From an uncultured Lachnospiraceae bacterium (GTDB taxonomy: Bacteria; Bacillota; Clostridia; Lachnospirales; Lachnospiraceae), in assembly GCA_910577015.1 (NCBI GenBank), contig CAJTKU010000001.1, forward strand, positions 185,298 through 249,297: 64,000 bases of DNA, given 5' to 3'. The notes under the pieces were generated by a model. That model ran no database searches and had not been told where the DNA came from. It saw nothing but the letters and a program-made list of their open reading frames with translations. Numbering within the stretch: the stretch's first letter is position 1; each line of letters begins with the position of its first letter. This document shows, in pieces, positions 55,247 through 63,179 of the stretch. A program made the position numbers and the translations under genes.

Positions 55247-55489
55247 TCAACCCTCCCGAACCTCCAGCATTTCCGGTACGGCTTTCTTTCTGTCATAGCC
55301 GTATTCGTCCATATGCTGCATAGCCTTCAGCTGGAGTTCTCCGGTCTTGATGATCTGCTCACCTACCTTTGCCATCGCCTCAGACCGCCTTATCTCAGCC
55401 TCCAATTCATCGCCTTTTAAATCTTCATCGCCCAACTTCTCCAGCTGAGCAAACAGATGATTATTCAAATCTCCGAGCGTATTCTTCAC
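55247..55489 (-). CDS. Hypothetical coiled-coil protein (80 aa)
   Basis: GTG start at 55489 behind gaggggg. Confidence 0.45.
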   Translation of the reverse strand: MKNTLGDLNNHLFAQLEKLGDEDLKGDELEAEIRRSEAMAKVGEQIIKTGELQLKAMQHMDEYGYDRKKAVPEMLEVREG

Positions 55490-55861
55490 TTACGACACCC
55501 CCTCTGCCTCTGATAATCCAGGAAACTGCTGCATCAGAAAACTTTTCATTGCCTCCGCATCATCTGGAGGGAGTATCTCCGGCCCCCTCTGGATGCCGAA
55601 AAGGACATCGCCCGCTATCGTACAGCCGTGAATATCGGCTCCATACAGATAGGATGCTGCCGGATTGTCCGAACGGTTCTTGATAAGCCCCGATTCGTCT
55701 ACAATCATCACAACATAATCCTTGAACAAATCATACATGCGCTGCGTCTTTACTGTTTCCGTGCAATCAGCTCCGATCATTTCTCCCTGTGCCTCTACAT
55801 TCCAGGGAACCTCCACAACCGAAATGTGGTTATCCGTGGTAATTTTCACTGTCTTAGCCAT
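55490..55861 (-). CDS. DUF3846-like protein
   Basis: 123 aa. The layout KITTDNHISVVEVP...VVMIVDESGLIKN...IAGDVLF resembles DUF3846 of phage/conjugative elements (by eye). Confidence 0.45.
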   Translation of the reverse strand: MAKTVKITTDNHISVVEVPWNVEAQGEMIGADCTETVKTQRMYDLFKDYVVMIVDESGLIKNRSDNPAASYLYGADIHGCTIAGDVLFGIQRGPEILPPDDAEAMKSFLMQQFPGLSEAEGVS

Positions 55862-55875
55862 ATCGCATACCTCCT

Positions 55876-56568
55876 TTAATCCATACCGCTATTCATCAGT
55901 GCCGCCACTCCTTTGGAATGGTATTCATCAAACCAGCGCCAAATTTCTTCTCTGTCCGTCCCTATCTCATAGCCCATGAAACGATCAGTGAGACAGCCAT
56001 CATCATCAACTGGCACATCCCCAAGCCTCCCCCAGAGAAACTCCAGCACTTCATCGGTTAGCGTGATTTCCGCTCTAACCCTCTCAACCACATTTTCCAG
56101 AGTAGTATTGAACGATGTATTGCAATCCTCCCATTTGTCGAACATCTGGAGGATTTCTTCCATCACTTTTTCACTGTTTGTCATATACTCATACAGCCAC
56201 GGCTCCATGCCGCCCGTCTCATACAATCCGAAAATATATTCCCCTATATCTCTGGAACGATCAATCTTCTCCATTTCCCGGCTGATCCTTCCCATAAGCG
56301 GCTCCGAAATATCCAAATCATGCTCAGTGATATAAAACTTCGCATACTTTCCGCTGGCGTTCATGGCCTCATAGTACCTTTCCCCGCGTTCCTCCTGGAT
56401 ATAGTCGCACATTTCCACATACTCTCTGGCCTTGCTTTCGGCTATTTTATCCAACCGTTTTTGCAACGGTTCGATATCCGCAGACACTCCGAGAACTATC
56501 ACTCCGTCCTCCGACTGGCTATCCCATGCGCCGTGCAATACATACAACAAAATTTTGCTATTTCCCAT
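55876..56568 (-). CDS. Hypothetical protein (230 aa)
   Basis: Fits the coupled array; acidic. Confidence 0.5.
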   Translation of the reverse strand: MGNSKILLYVLHGAWDSQSEDGVIVLGVSADIEPLQKRLDKIAESKAREYVEMCDYIQEERGERYYEAMNASGKYAKFYITEHDLDISEPLMGRISREMEKIDRSRDIGEYIFGLYETGGMEPWLYEYMTNSEKVMEEILQMFDKWEDCNTSFNTTLENVVERVRAEITLTDEVLEFLWGRLGDVPVDDDGCLTDRFMGYEIGTDREEIWRWFDEYHSKGVAALMNSGMD

Positions 56569-56929
56569 TATCCTTGACCTCCTTTATCTCTTCCCATTCC
56601 ATACATAAAGTAGAAACCAATCTCTTTTTGAACACTGCCTTGCTGGTGTCGTAGTCCTCATTCATCCAGCCTTTGCTTATGTACTCCTGCAACCGGTTCC
56701 GGCATAACTGCTCTGTCTGGACTGCCCTGTTGACCTGCTCATATCTGCCACGACTCCGGCTCCACAGGAATGACGCATACTCGTATTCCCCTTTCTGCTC
56801 CTGGTATTCGAGCATCCGGATGCCAGACTGTTCAATCCATCCCATTTCATCCTCAAAGCTCCCGCCAGACTCAGCCAGTTTTTCTTTATCTACTTCCAGA
56901 ACCGCCACCATTCTCACTTTTTCACCCAT
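56558..56929 (-). CDS. Hypothetical protein (123 aa)
   Basis: ATG 56929 (MGEKVRMVAVLEV). The longer ORF-track start overlaps the upstream gene. Confidence 0.4.
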   Translation of the reverse strand: MGEKVRMVAVLEVDKEKLAESGGSFEDEMGWIEQSGIRMLEYQEQKGEYEYASFLWSRSRGRYEQVNRAVQTEQLCRNRLQEYISKGWMNEDYDTSKAVFKKRLVSTLCMEWEEIKEVKDNGK

Positions 56930-56939
56930 TCCCTTGCAC

Positions 56940-57368
56940 CTACCCTTCGATGTTGAAACCGGTGTAATCCATGAGGTCCTGCATTTCCTGCTCAAACATT
57001 TCTTCGTAAATCTCTTTCTTGTTGCTGTCACAGTTCAAATGCGTATCGAGACAATTCACATAATATGTGAAATCATTCTGAGGGCTGAGATTATGCCGGC
57101 GTATCGCCTCCAGTTGCTCATATCCCGCCTCTGTCAGCGTCCCTTCGTACTCTTCGGTCTCCAGCCTTTTCTTTTCTGCTTTAATCGCCTCGTCCATGCG
57201 GAAGATACCCTCCTTAAAGATTTCTGCCATGATTCCGTTTAAGGTAAGCTCCACCCCCTCGAACTGCATTTGCTCAACGATCTTAAACATATCCGCCTCT
57301 GAATCGTCCAGTATGCTCAGATCATCTACGCCACAATTTAGAATTGCTCTGATTAAATCATTTCTCAT
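56940..57368 (-). CDS. Hypothetical acidic protein (142 aa)
   Basis: SD aggagg upstream. Confidence 0.5.
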   Translation of the reverse strand: MRNDLIRAILNCGVDDLSILDDSEADMFKIVEQMQFEGVELTLNGIMAEIFKEGIFRMDEAIKAEKKRLETEEYEGTLTEAGYEQLEAIRRHNLSPQNDFTYYVNCLDTHLNCDSNKKEIYEEMFEQEMQDLMDYTGFNIEG

Positions 57369-57378
57369 AGCCTGCCTC

Positions 57379-57669
57379 CTACAAATAAGATTTTCCGTAT
57401 CTCTTCCGGAACTCTTCCCTGGTGCCGATCCGGCCCTCGAAAATTGCCTGTCCCAGCATCTTTGACAACTTCTCTGCCATCGGGTTATCGTGTACCCGGT
57501 TCAGCTTGTCTCCCATGTTATGACAGTTATTGCAGATGGGAACTTTCAAGCCGTCTTTCTCGCTCAGCTCCCTGCCCGCCGTTCCGAAAATAAGATGATG
57601 TTCCCCCTCTGCCTGTCGGCCACAAAAGAAACATATCCCTTTGTACTCTGTAACAATACTTTTGCTCAT
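57379..57669 (-). CDS. Small HNH-type zinc-finger nuclease-like protein (96 aa)
   Basis: CFFCG...EGEHHLIFG...PICNNCHN matches the Cys-X2-Cys / HH / Cys-X2-Cys-His pattern of minimal HNH proteins. Confidence 0.55.
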   Translation of the reverse strand: MSKSIVTEYKGICFFCGRQAEGEHHLIFGTAGRELSEKDGLKVPICNNCHNMGDKLNRVHDNPMAEKLSKMLGQAIFEGRIGTREEFRKRYGKSYL

Positions 57670-57678
57670 GTCTGCCTC

Positions 57679-57741
57679 CTATTTCTTTTTCTTCTCCATC
57701 CCCATGAATACCAAAAATGCCAACACCACTATTGCCGCCAT
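57679..57741 (-). CDS. 20-aa hydrophobic micro-ORF
   Basis: ATG 57741 behind aggagg gives MAAIVVLAFLVFMGMEKKKK. Confidence 0.3.
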   Translation of the reverse strand: MAAIVVLAFLVFMGMEKKKK

Positions 57742-57750
57742 ATTTGCCTC

Positions 57751-58176
57751 CTATCCGTAAATCACATCACCGAACAGCGCATACTGGATGATACAGTCTG
57801 CGGCTCCTGCATCAATATTGCAGGGGTCTATGTTCAGTTTCCCGGTATAAACTCCGATGCGGTTTGTTTCCCGGTCAATACAGCCCGTATTTCCGGCTGC
57901 AATGTACTTTTTCAGCCCTTCAATGAATTTCTCTTTGCTGAGGGTATACGACTTGTTTTCCTCTGCATCATGCAGAACCAATTCTCCTCCTCTGCTGATC
58001 TGGTCGCTCGCATACTCTCCGAGATAGTCTCCCTTGGCCTCGGCTTGTCTGCACCAGTAATTGATTCCCCCCTCCAGGGCCGAAACCATGATGTCGTCAA
58101 TGTCCTCATTGCGGACTCTTACATCAAGCGCACAATTCAAAACCATGCAATCCACAACCTCCAACTTTTCTTCCAT
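57751..58176 (-). CDS. Hypothetical protein (141 aa)
   Basis: TGATG overlap with the upstream gene. Confidence 0.5.
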   Translation of the reverse strand: MEEKLEVVDCMVLNCALDVRVRNEDIDDIMVSALEGGINYWCRQAEAKGDYLGEYASDQISRGGELVLHDAEENKSYTLSKEKFIEGLKKYIAAGNTGCIDRETNRIGVYTGKLNIDPCNIDAGAADCIIQYALFGDVIYG

Positions 58177-58574
58177 CAGTCATTACCTCCTTCATATTCC
58201 GCCCCGCAATATGGGCACTTCGTTTCTCCATAGCAGTTGAACATCTTCCCGCACTCTTTGCAGGTATCAAGCTCTCCGTTCCTGAGCCAATCTTCCAGCA
58301 GACTGCTTACATGCTGCCAGTCAACCGCCTCGTAGACCTCTTCTGCTAAATCCGTCTGTCCGTTGCACTCCTGCAGGATGCTGTTTCTGGTGTACTTCGT
58401 ATCCGACAGCTCCGGTATGTAGCAAACCCTGTCCGGGTGTTTCGTATCATAGAAAGCCTCGTCGCTCTTGAAGATCATCCCCTGCCCGTAAAACTCCCGC
58501 TGGATTACTTCCCCCTTTCCGTTCTCGTCCGGCGGAGTATAGCGTCCCACCAGCAGATACTTTCCATCAGTCAT
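58176..58574 (-). CDS. Hypothetical protein with C-terminal zinc ribbon (132 aa)
   Basis: CKECGKMFNCYGETKCPYCG at the C-terminus. Confidence 0.5.
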   Translation of the reverse strand: MTDGKYLLVGRYTPPDENGKGEVIQREFYGQGMIFKSDEAFYDTKHPDRVCYIPELSDTKYTRNSILQECNGQTDLAEEVYEAVDWQHVSSLLEDWLRNGELDTCKECGKMFNCYGETKCPYCGAEYEGGND

Positions 58575-58962
58575 CTTCGTCCTCTACCTCCATTTCCCGC
58601 AATGTCTGCGACAATTTCAGAATCATAGCGTCAATTTCCTCCGCATCCTTTACAAGCTCCCGTATAGACGGTACCCCGGAAATGCCATTCCTTCTTGCCT
58701 CGACCCACATTTCAACATGCTCGTCAATATCAAAATCCTCATAGTAGGATTCCAGGCTATCCCGGAAACTACTGCACTGATCCTCAGCATCAAAATCAAT
58801 TATCATGCTGAAATCTTCTCCTGCCGGGGAGTGCTGGCCCATTTCTACATACGTTCTGTTATTCTGGCTCTCTTCGATCCATGCACTCGACCACCAGCCA
58901 AGTTCCTCTGCTTTCGCCAGCAGAATTTTCATTCCTGCAGACAAGCCTTTATATTCTTCCAT
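58567..58962 (-). CDS. Hypothetical acidic protein (131 aa)
   Basis: SD ggagggg upstream. 8-nt overlap with the downstream gene. Confidence 0.5.
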   Translation of the reverse strand: MEEYKGLSAGMKILLAKAEELGWWSSAWIEESQNNRTYVEMGQHSPAGEDFSMIIDFDAEDQCSSFRDSLESYYEDFDIDEHVEMWVEARRNGISGVPSIRELVKDAEEIDAMILKLSQTLREMEVEDEDD

Positions 58963-58965
58963 CCA

Positions 58966-59202
58966 TCACCCCTCCACGTCTGCGTAGTACGCATCAAAGG
59001 CAATCCCAGCCTCCACCATTTTCGCCTCCAGGAAGTTTCCGTAGCACCAGCCTTCGCCCTCTTCCCAAAAAGCATCCCAGGCTTTCTTCAATACCTCGCT
59101 TGCCCTCTCCTTATCTTCCGGGCTTACCAGAAATATGCAATCCATCCACTCATTCGTGCTGGACTGTACTCTGATGCAGCCGCCTTTCATTTCTTCAACC
59201 AT
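58966..59202 (-). CDS. Hypothetical protein (78 aa)
   Basis: SD ggaggt upstream. Confidence 0.45.
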   Translation of the reverse strand: MVEEMKGGCIRVQSSTNEWMDCIFLVSPEDKERASEVLKKAWDAFWEEGEGWCYGNFLEAKMVEAGIAFDAYYADVEG

Positions 59203-59214
59203 AACCGCTACCTC

Positions 59215-59601
59215 CTAAATGTAATAACAGCTGAAATTCCAATGATGCCCGAACTCATAGTAAAGCCCATACTTCTTGAAAATCGCATCAAACTTATTTC
59301 TGATTCCCTGAAACATACCGTAGTAGAGCATTTCGCATACCATGCCCTCGAAACTCATGCTGAGGATATGATCTGGATTGACATATTCAAAATATGTCCT
59401 GGGGTCCTCATTCTCCCGTACTACCAAGTGTTCTCGGTCATTGTAATAGAATTTTCCTGTCTCCTTATCGTAGGTGGTAAAGCACTTACCGTTAAAGTAA
59501 ATATCCACATCAACCCACATTTCATGCTCCAGCAGAAACTCTCTGATTTCGATTGCCAGATTTTCAATTCTTTCTGATGTCAGTTTTGCCGCTTCATTCA
59601 T
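59215..59601 (-). CDS. Hypothetical protein (128 aa)
   Basis: ATG 59601 (MNEAAKLTSERIENL) overlaps the stop of the upstream 59-aa ORF (ATGA). Confidence 0.45.
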   Translation of the reverse strand: MNEAAKLTSERIENLAIEIREFLLEHEMWVDVDIYFNGKCFTTYDKETGKFYYNDREHLVVRENEDPRTYFEYVNPDHILSMSFEGMVCEMLYYGMFQGIRNKFDAIFKKYGLYYEFGHHWNFSCYYI

Positions 59602-59777
59602 TCTGCTGTCACCTCCCTTACCATTCCCCTGTTTCTCTGACGGGCCTTCTTTTTCAAATTTCTTTTCCATCTGCGAATCGTCACAGCCTTTGTGTGATTT
59701 CTGGAGAAACAGTAATCATCCAGGACATACCGCCCATGCTGCTCGCGCTCTCCGTATGCGTGCATTTTTCTCGCCAT
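59598..59777 (-). CDS. 59-aa highly basic protein (below ORF-track cutoff)
   Basis: MARKMHAYGEREQHGRYVLDDYCFSRNHTKAVTIRRWKRNLKKKARQRNRGMVREVTAE. It fills the gap exactly and is coupled by ATGA to the next gene. Confidence 0.4.
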   Translation of the reverse strand: MARKMHAYGEREQHGRYVLDDYCFSRNHTKAVTIRRWKRNLKKKARQRNRGMVREVTAE

Positions 59778-59779
59778 CT

Positions 59780-59935
59780 CTACTGATTCGCCTCCTTTCT
59801 TCTCTCCTTTACCAGAACCAGAAGTGTTGCCCGGTCCATTCCCAGGCTTTCAAGCTCCCTCTCAATGCGTTTCGTAACCGCTTTGTTTCCAGCTGTTACC
59901 GCCACTTCATACTGCCTGATGTATTCCTCCAGCAT
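59780..59935 (-). CDS. 51-aa helical protein (below ORF-track cutoff)
   Basis: ATG 59935 behind ggaggg gives MLEEYIRQYEVAVTAGNKAVTKRIERELESLGMDRATLLVLVKERRKEANQ. Confidence 0.4.
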   Translation of the reverse strand: MLEEYIRQYEVAVTAGNKAVTKRIERELESLGMDRATLLVLVKERRKEANQ

Positions 59936-59941
59936 ATTTCT

Positions 59942-60430
59942 TCATCCCTCCAATCCTACATACTCCAGAATCTTTCGGCGGGCAAACTTCCCGATTTCTT
60001 CCAGATAATCTTTCTGGTTCCAGTCGGTACCCACCTGCGCCGCCTCAAAATCATCCGCCCACTGCACAAACAGCTGTTTCCAAGTGATGCTGTCAACGCC
60101 GCTCAGCCGCTTGTGTTCCTCCAACATACCAACATAAACAAGGGTAATTTCCACCAGGTTCTCAGATGCTTTGTTGTAAATCATTTTCTCCTGCCGCTGA
60201 TCCTGCAACTGGATTTCCTCTTTGAACTCATAACACATATTGACAGGCCCGCCGTTGACTTTACCCATTTTCCAGTCGGAACCATGAATGCTGAAGGCGA
60301 AATAATCATCCCCGTCTATCGTGAGACTCGCCATCGCCTCGTATCCGTTTCTTTTGACAGCCTCCGCAATTCCGTTAATCAGAGGCAAGACCTCCTGGCA
60401 AAGACCTCTGAATTTTTCTTTGTTATTCAT
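59942..60430 (-). CDS. Hypothetical protein (162 aa)
   Basis: Fits the coupled array. Confidence 0.5.
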   Translation of the reverse strand: MNNKEKFRGLCQEVLPLINGIAEAVKRNGYEAMASLTIDGDDYFAFSIHGSDWKMGKVNGGPVNMCYEFKEEIQLQDQRQEKMIYNKASENLVEITLVYVGMLEEHKRLSGVDSITWKQLFVQWADDFEAAQVGTDWNQKDYLEEIGKFARRKILEYVGLEG

Positions 60431-60593
60431 CCTTGACCTCCTTAACTGCGGTGACTACGCCGCCAACCAAATGCCATGCTTTAATGTACTGGTTTCCTTT
60501 GCTCCTTGCCTCCGACTCGTTCCTAGCCTCGAATATTGCAGGAGAGTTGCATCCAGATTCATCGTCATAAATAAACACCTGGTATTTCTTCAT
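60423..60593 (-). CDS. 56-aa protein (below ORF-track cutoff)
   Basis: ATG 60593 overlaps the upstream stop (ATGA). MKKYQVFIYDDESGCNSPAIFEARNESEARSKGNQYIKAWHLVGGVVTAVKEVKDE. Confidence 0.4.
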   Translation of the reverse strand: MKKYQVFIYDDESGCNSPAIFEARNESEARSKGNQYIKAWHLVGGVVTAVKEVKDE

Positions 60594-60976
60594 GCGTCCT
60601 TTGCCTCCTTTACAAAATTCTCTGCATCTTCCTGGCTCTCGAACCAGTCATGATAGATGTCTTTCCGGGCCGTACTCCTTGAATCATTCTCCGGCTTGCT
60701 GACCGCCTCAACCGTGCTGGTAATGTTTGCTACCACCTTGCCGTTATCATATACAGTCGTTGTCACACACCAGAATATTTTCATGCCTCCCAAAGTAAGC
60801 TCGTAGGCATCCGCCTCTTCTTTCGTCAGCGACTCACTGTACTCAATGAATCCCCATGCCTCCCGCCCAATTTCCTCACAGAAAGTCTTTGTGTCGAAAT
60901 TCTCAATCTTCTCAACTGCCGCTTTCTTAGGAAAGCCGCCCGGCATAACCGGGCGCTGTGTGCTGTAATATCTCAT
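60590..60976 (-). CDS. Hypothetical protein (128 aa)
   Basis: The N-terminal MRYYSTQRPVMPGGFPK resembles a module seen in large polyvalent proteins of Bacillota mobile elements; not assigned. Confidence 0.5.
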   Translation of the reverse strand: MRYYSTQRPVMPGGFPKKAAVEKIENFDTKTFCEEIGREAWGFIEYSESLTKEEADAYELTLGGMKIFWCVTTTVYDNGKVVANITSTVEAVSKPENDSRSTARKDIYHDWFESQEDAENFVKEAKDA

Positions 60977-60978
60977 GC

Positions 60979-61611
60979 CTACTCTTCCTCCTGGATCTCT
61001 TTCTTTTTCCTCCTGGATGTCGTTTTCTTTTCTCCGGTGGATGCCTTTCTGGTTCTCTTAGACTTTTCCGGCTCTTTATCCTCGCTTACAGGCTCAGGCA
61101 GCGTTTCTTCTGCCTTTTCCGTAGGAATTACCGCCTCTGCCTCTTCCGTCTGGATTTGAGCCGCCTGCTCCGGCAATCTCTCCTGCAGTTTGTACCGCTT
61201 ACGGATGGAGGCAATCATAAGTTCTACTTCCGCATTTACCAGCTCCTTATCCTCGTCCGTCAAACCTGCAGACAAATCCTCTCTCTCCTGCCAATACCCT
61301 GCGTTATCCAGAAACGCATCAATAATTCTCTTCGCCTTGTCATGCTTTACATCCCATTTCATCATAGTATTTTTCCTCCTTGTGCTTTCCGCATATTCTT
61401 TTACTATTGCCTTGCCCTGCTCTATCGCCTCCAGAATATCAACGCCGATCTGCTGGTAGAAATCCGGATGAACGATACACTCATAGGCTCTCGCCATCTT
61501 ACTTCTCTGCTCCTGCGTCACTCCGATATGAAAATCCTTCGCTATCTGCAACGCTTTCTTCCAGTCCTGCTCCTGAACCGCCTCTCTTACGATGTCCGAC
61601 TTCTTAATCAT
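60979..61611 (-). CDS. Hypothetical protein (210 aa) with E/K-rich tail
   Basis: ATGA overlap with the upstream 51-aa ORF. Confidence 0.5.
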   Translation of the reverse strand: MIKKSDIVREAVQEQDWKKALQIAKDFHIGVTQEQRSKMARAYECIVHPDFYQQIGVDILEAIEQGKAIVKEYAESTRRKNTMMKWDVKHDKAKRIIDAFLDNAGYWQEREDLSAGLTDEDKELVNAEVELMIASIRKRYKLQERLPEQAAQIQTEEAEAVIPTEKAEETLPEPVSEDKEPEKSKRTRKASTGEKKTTSRRKKKEIQEEE

Positions 61612-61763
61612 TCATCATCACCAGCCCCCGGCACTTCCAGCAAATCTTTCTCAATCCAGAACTTCTCGCCCAGGAAATCTACCTTCACTGCGTTTCTGCC
61701 GGTCTGGACCACCGTTGCCAGTGGTCCGATGTCCGGAATCTTTACCTGCGTTCCTACACTCAT
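61608..61763 (-). CDS. 51-aa protein (below ORF-track cutoff)
   Basis: The codon-by-codon read gives MSVGTQVKIPDIGPLATVVQTGRNAVKVDFLGEKFWIEKDLLEVPGAGDDE. ATGA overlaps at both ends. Confidence 0.45.
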   Translation of the reverse strand: MSVGTQVKIPDIGPLATVVQTGRNAVKVDFLGEKFWIEKDLLEVPGAGDDE

Positions 61764-61972
61764 GCCGCTACCTCCCGAATCTCTTTCAGTTTGTCAATGC
61801 TGGTATAGATACAGCTGCCTGTTGTGAAAACCAATCCATCCCAGCGAACATACTTCACAGTTTCGGTATTCATTTCTCCTGTGGCTCCGTCTTTCCACTC
61901 AACCTCGACTGTTTTTCCGTCTGCCAACATTTTCTCTATCTTCTCTACGTCTGCCATTCTAAATGTTTTCAT
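61760..61972 (-). CDS. Hypothetical protein (70 aa)
   Basis: SD aggagg upstream. Confidence 0.5.
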   Translation of the reverse strand: MKTFRMADVEKIEKMLADGKTVEVEWKDGATGEMNTETVKYVRWDGLVFTTGSCIYTSIDKLKEIREVAA

Positions 61973-61981
61973 CCCTTGCCT

Positions 61982-62134
61982 CCTACTGATCTTTCTTCTC
62001 TGCCGCTATAACTGCCAGCACAATCACTCCGTTTACCAGAACCGCCGCCAGATTCCCGGCTCTCATTCCGTCATGCAGGCCCACCATGAAATTGATGAAC
62101 AACAGCGCCTGCAGAAACCTCCGAATTTTTTTCA
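61982..62134 (-). CDS. 50-aa membrane peptide (below ORF-track cutoff)
   Basis: ATG 62134 behind aaggagg gives MKKIRRFLQALLFINFMVGLHDGMRAGNLAAVLVNGVIVLAVIAAEKKDQ. Confidence 0.45.
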
Positions 62135-62225
62135 TTGCCTTTCAGCCTCCTTTATGGTAGACTTATCAGCTGAGGGGGCTTTGTTTCTGCCCCGCTCAAC
62201 CGATAAGGAACTGTTCGCTTAGTTG

Positions 62226-62381
62226 CTAATCAATCCAACTCAGCACCGCCGTGACGATTGCCAAAAGCATTGTCACTATGGTTGCTATGATAGCGGTCAA
62301 ACTTTCATAGATTTGGAATCTGATCTGGCGCTCTTCGAGCAGTTCTTTTTCTTTCTGCCTTTTCTTCTTTCCTTTACCCAA
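62226..62381 (-). CDS. 51-aa tail-anchored membrane peptide, first gene after promoter copy 2
   Basis: TTG 62381 is 5 nt after aaggagga. It gives (M)GKGKKKRQKEKELLEERQIRFQIYESLTAIIATIVTMLLAIVTAVLSWID. Confidence 0.45.
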   Translation of the reverse strand: MGKGKKKRQKEKELLEERQIRFQIYESLTAIIATIVTMLLAIVTAVLSWID

Positions 62382-62413
62382 ATGGCGTCCTCCTTTCCGT
62401 TGGATTTAATCAA

Positions 62414-62499
62414 GCATTTGTTTTGTTTGATTATGTATATATTATACTTCGCAACTGCGAGTTTGTCAATAGTTTTACTTCTCAAAATGCAAATTTTTT
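62414..62499. repeat. 86-bp promoter-operator cassette, copy 2
   Basis: See copy 1. The offset between copies is 8418 bp. Confidence 0.9.
62441..62469 (-). promoter_or_regulatory. Consensus sigmaA promoter TTGACA-N17-TATAAT with dyad in spacer (copy 2)
   Basis: Identical to copy 1. It is the most upstream early promoter visible. Confidence 0.75.
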
Positions 62500-62637
62500 A
62501 CCCATCCAGCTCTCAACATTGAATTTATGGAGGATATGCTTATTGAAGGCTCAAATCTGGTGCATTTCATTTCTGCTCATTTTCTGTTCTTTATGGGAAA
62601 AGTCCGAGAAACCGCATAAATACGCTATCGCTTGTAA

Positions 62638-62715
62638 GATTTCTTACATGATTTCTCGTTAGATTTCTGGTAGGATTCTTTACTAGAGATAAGAGATAAA
62701 GAGATTAGAGATATA
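62638..62715. repeat. Phased short direct repeats (4 x GATTTCT/GATTCTT at exact 12-bp spacing, then 4 x GAGATWA) in an AT-rich tract
   Basis: The first repeat set starts at 62638, 62650, 62662 and 62674. The GAGATAA-type units start at 62686, 62693, 62701 and 62708. Confidence 0.8.
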
Positions 62716-62787
62716 TAATATATGGCCAGCTTTTGAAATCTGACCGCCTTTATTTGCTCTCATTTGAGTATTTTATTCACATATTCG

Positions 62788-62805
62788 TGTGGATAATGTG
62801 GATAA
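62788..62805. promoter_or_regulatory. Two abutting perfect DnaA boxes (TGTGGATAA TGTGGATAA = complement of TTATCCACA)
   Basis: Read directly at 62788-62796 and 62797-62805. Confidence 0.7.
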
Positions 62806-62823
62806 TCCTTGATTCAAAACGCA

Positions 62824-62852
62824 TTGACTTTTTCGCCAATTTGGGATATTAT
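62824..62852 (+). promoter_or_regulatory. Plus-strand promoter TTGACT-N17-TATTAT (candidate antitoxin RNA promoter)
   Basis: Hexamers and spacer were read directly. Transcription from it would run antisense into the 3-prime end of the small toxin-like ORF. Confidence 0.5.
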
Positions 62853-62858
62853 CTAAAT

Positions 62859-62985
62859 AGAAAAGGGCATCTGCTGGTAACAGACACCCTTTAGGCGCTA
62901 CCGATAGACGGTTGGCCCGATATAGTCAGCTTAGAAACAGCCGCTCAGTTTATCAGACCGGGGCGGCTATTTCTGTGTCTTTCCA
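62859..62985 (+). ncRNA. Candidate antisense RNA (type I antitoxin-like)
   Basis: Inferred only from the promoter at 62824-62852 and a possible hairpin/T-rich stop (agccgc...gcggctatttctgtgtcttt). The ends are not determined. Confidence 0.3.
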
Positions 62986-63068
62986 TGATGAAATCCTATC
63001 GTATATCCAATCCCAAAGCAGGTACCGCATAATGCCAGCACCGCTATCAGACCTTCCATAGTCAGCAT
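62967..63068 (-). CDS. 33-aa hydrophobic peptide, type I toxin-like
   Basis: ATG 63068 behind aaggaggg gives MLTMEGLIAVLALCGTCFGIGYTIGFHHGKTQK, a single TM helix with a basic tail. Confidence 0.5.
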   Translation of the reverse strand: MLTMEGLIAVLALCGTCFGIGYTIGFHHGKTQK

Positions 63069-63179
63069 AACACACGCCCTCCTTTCCTTTCGATTCCCTT
63101 ACAGGTTTCTATGTAATCAGAGGGTCACAGTCCCTCCGTAGAGGGCCAACCGCCTACCATCCTGGTAGCACCCACAAAA

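Noticed and set aside
62297-62485. ORF-track entry of 62 aa on the minus strand spanning promoter cassette copy 2.
   Set aside because: It begins upstream of the predicted transcription start and has no SD. A different frame with a strong SD (62226..62381) explains the coding potential better.
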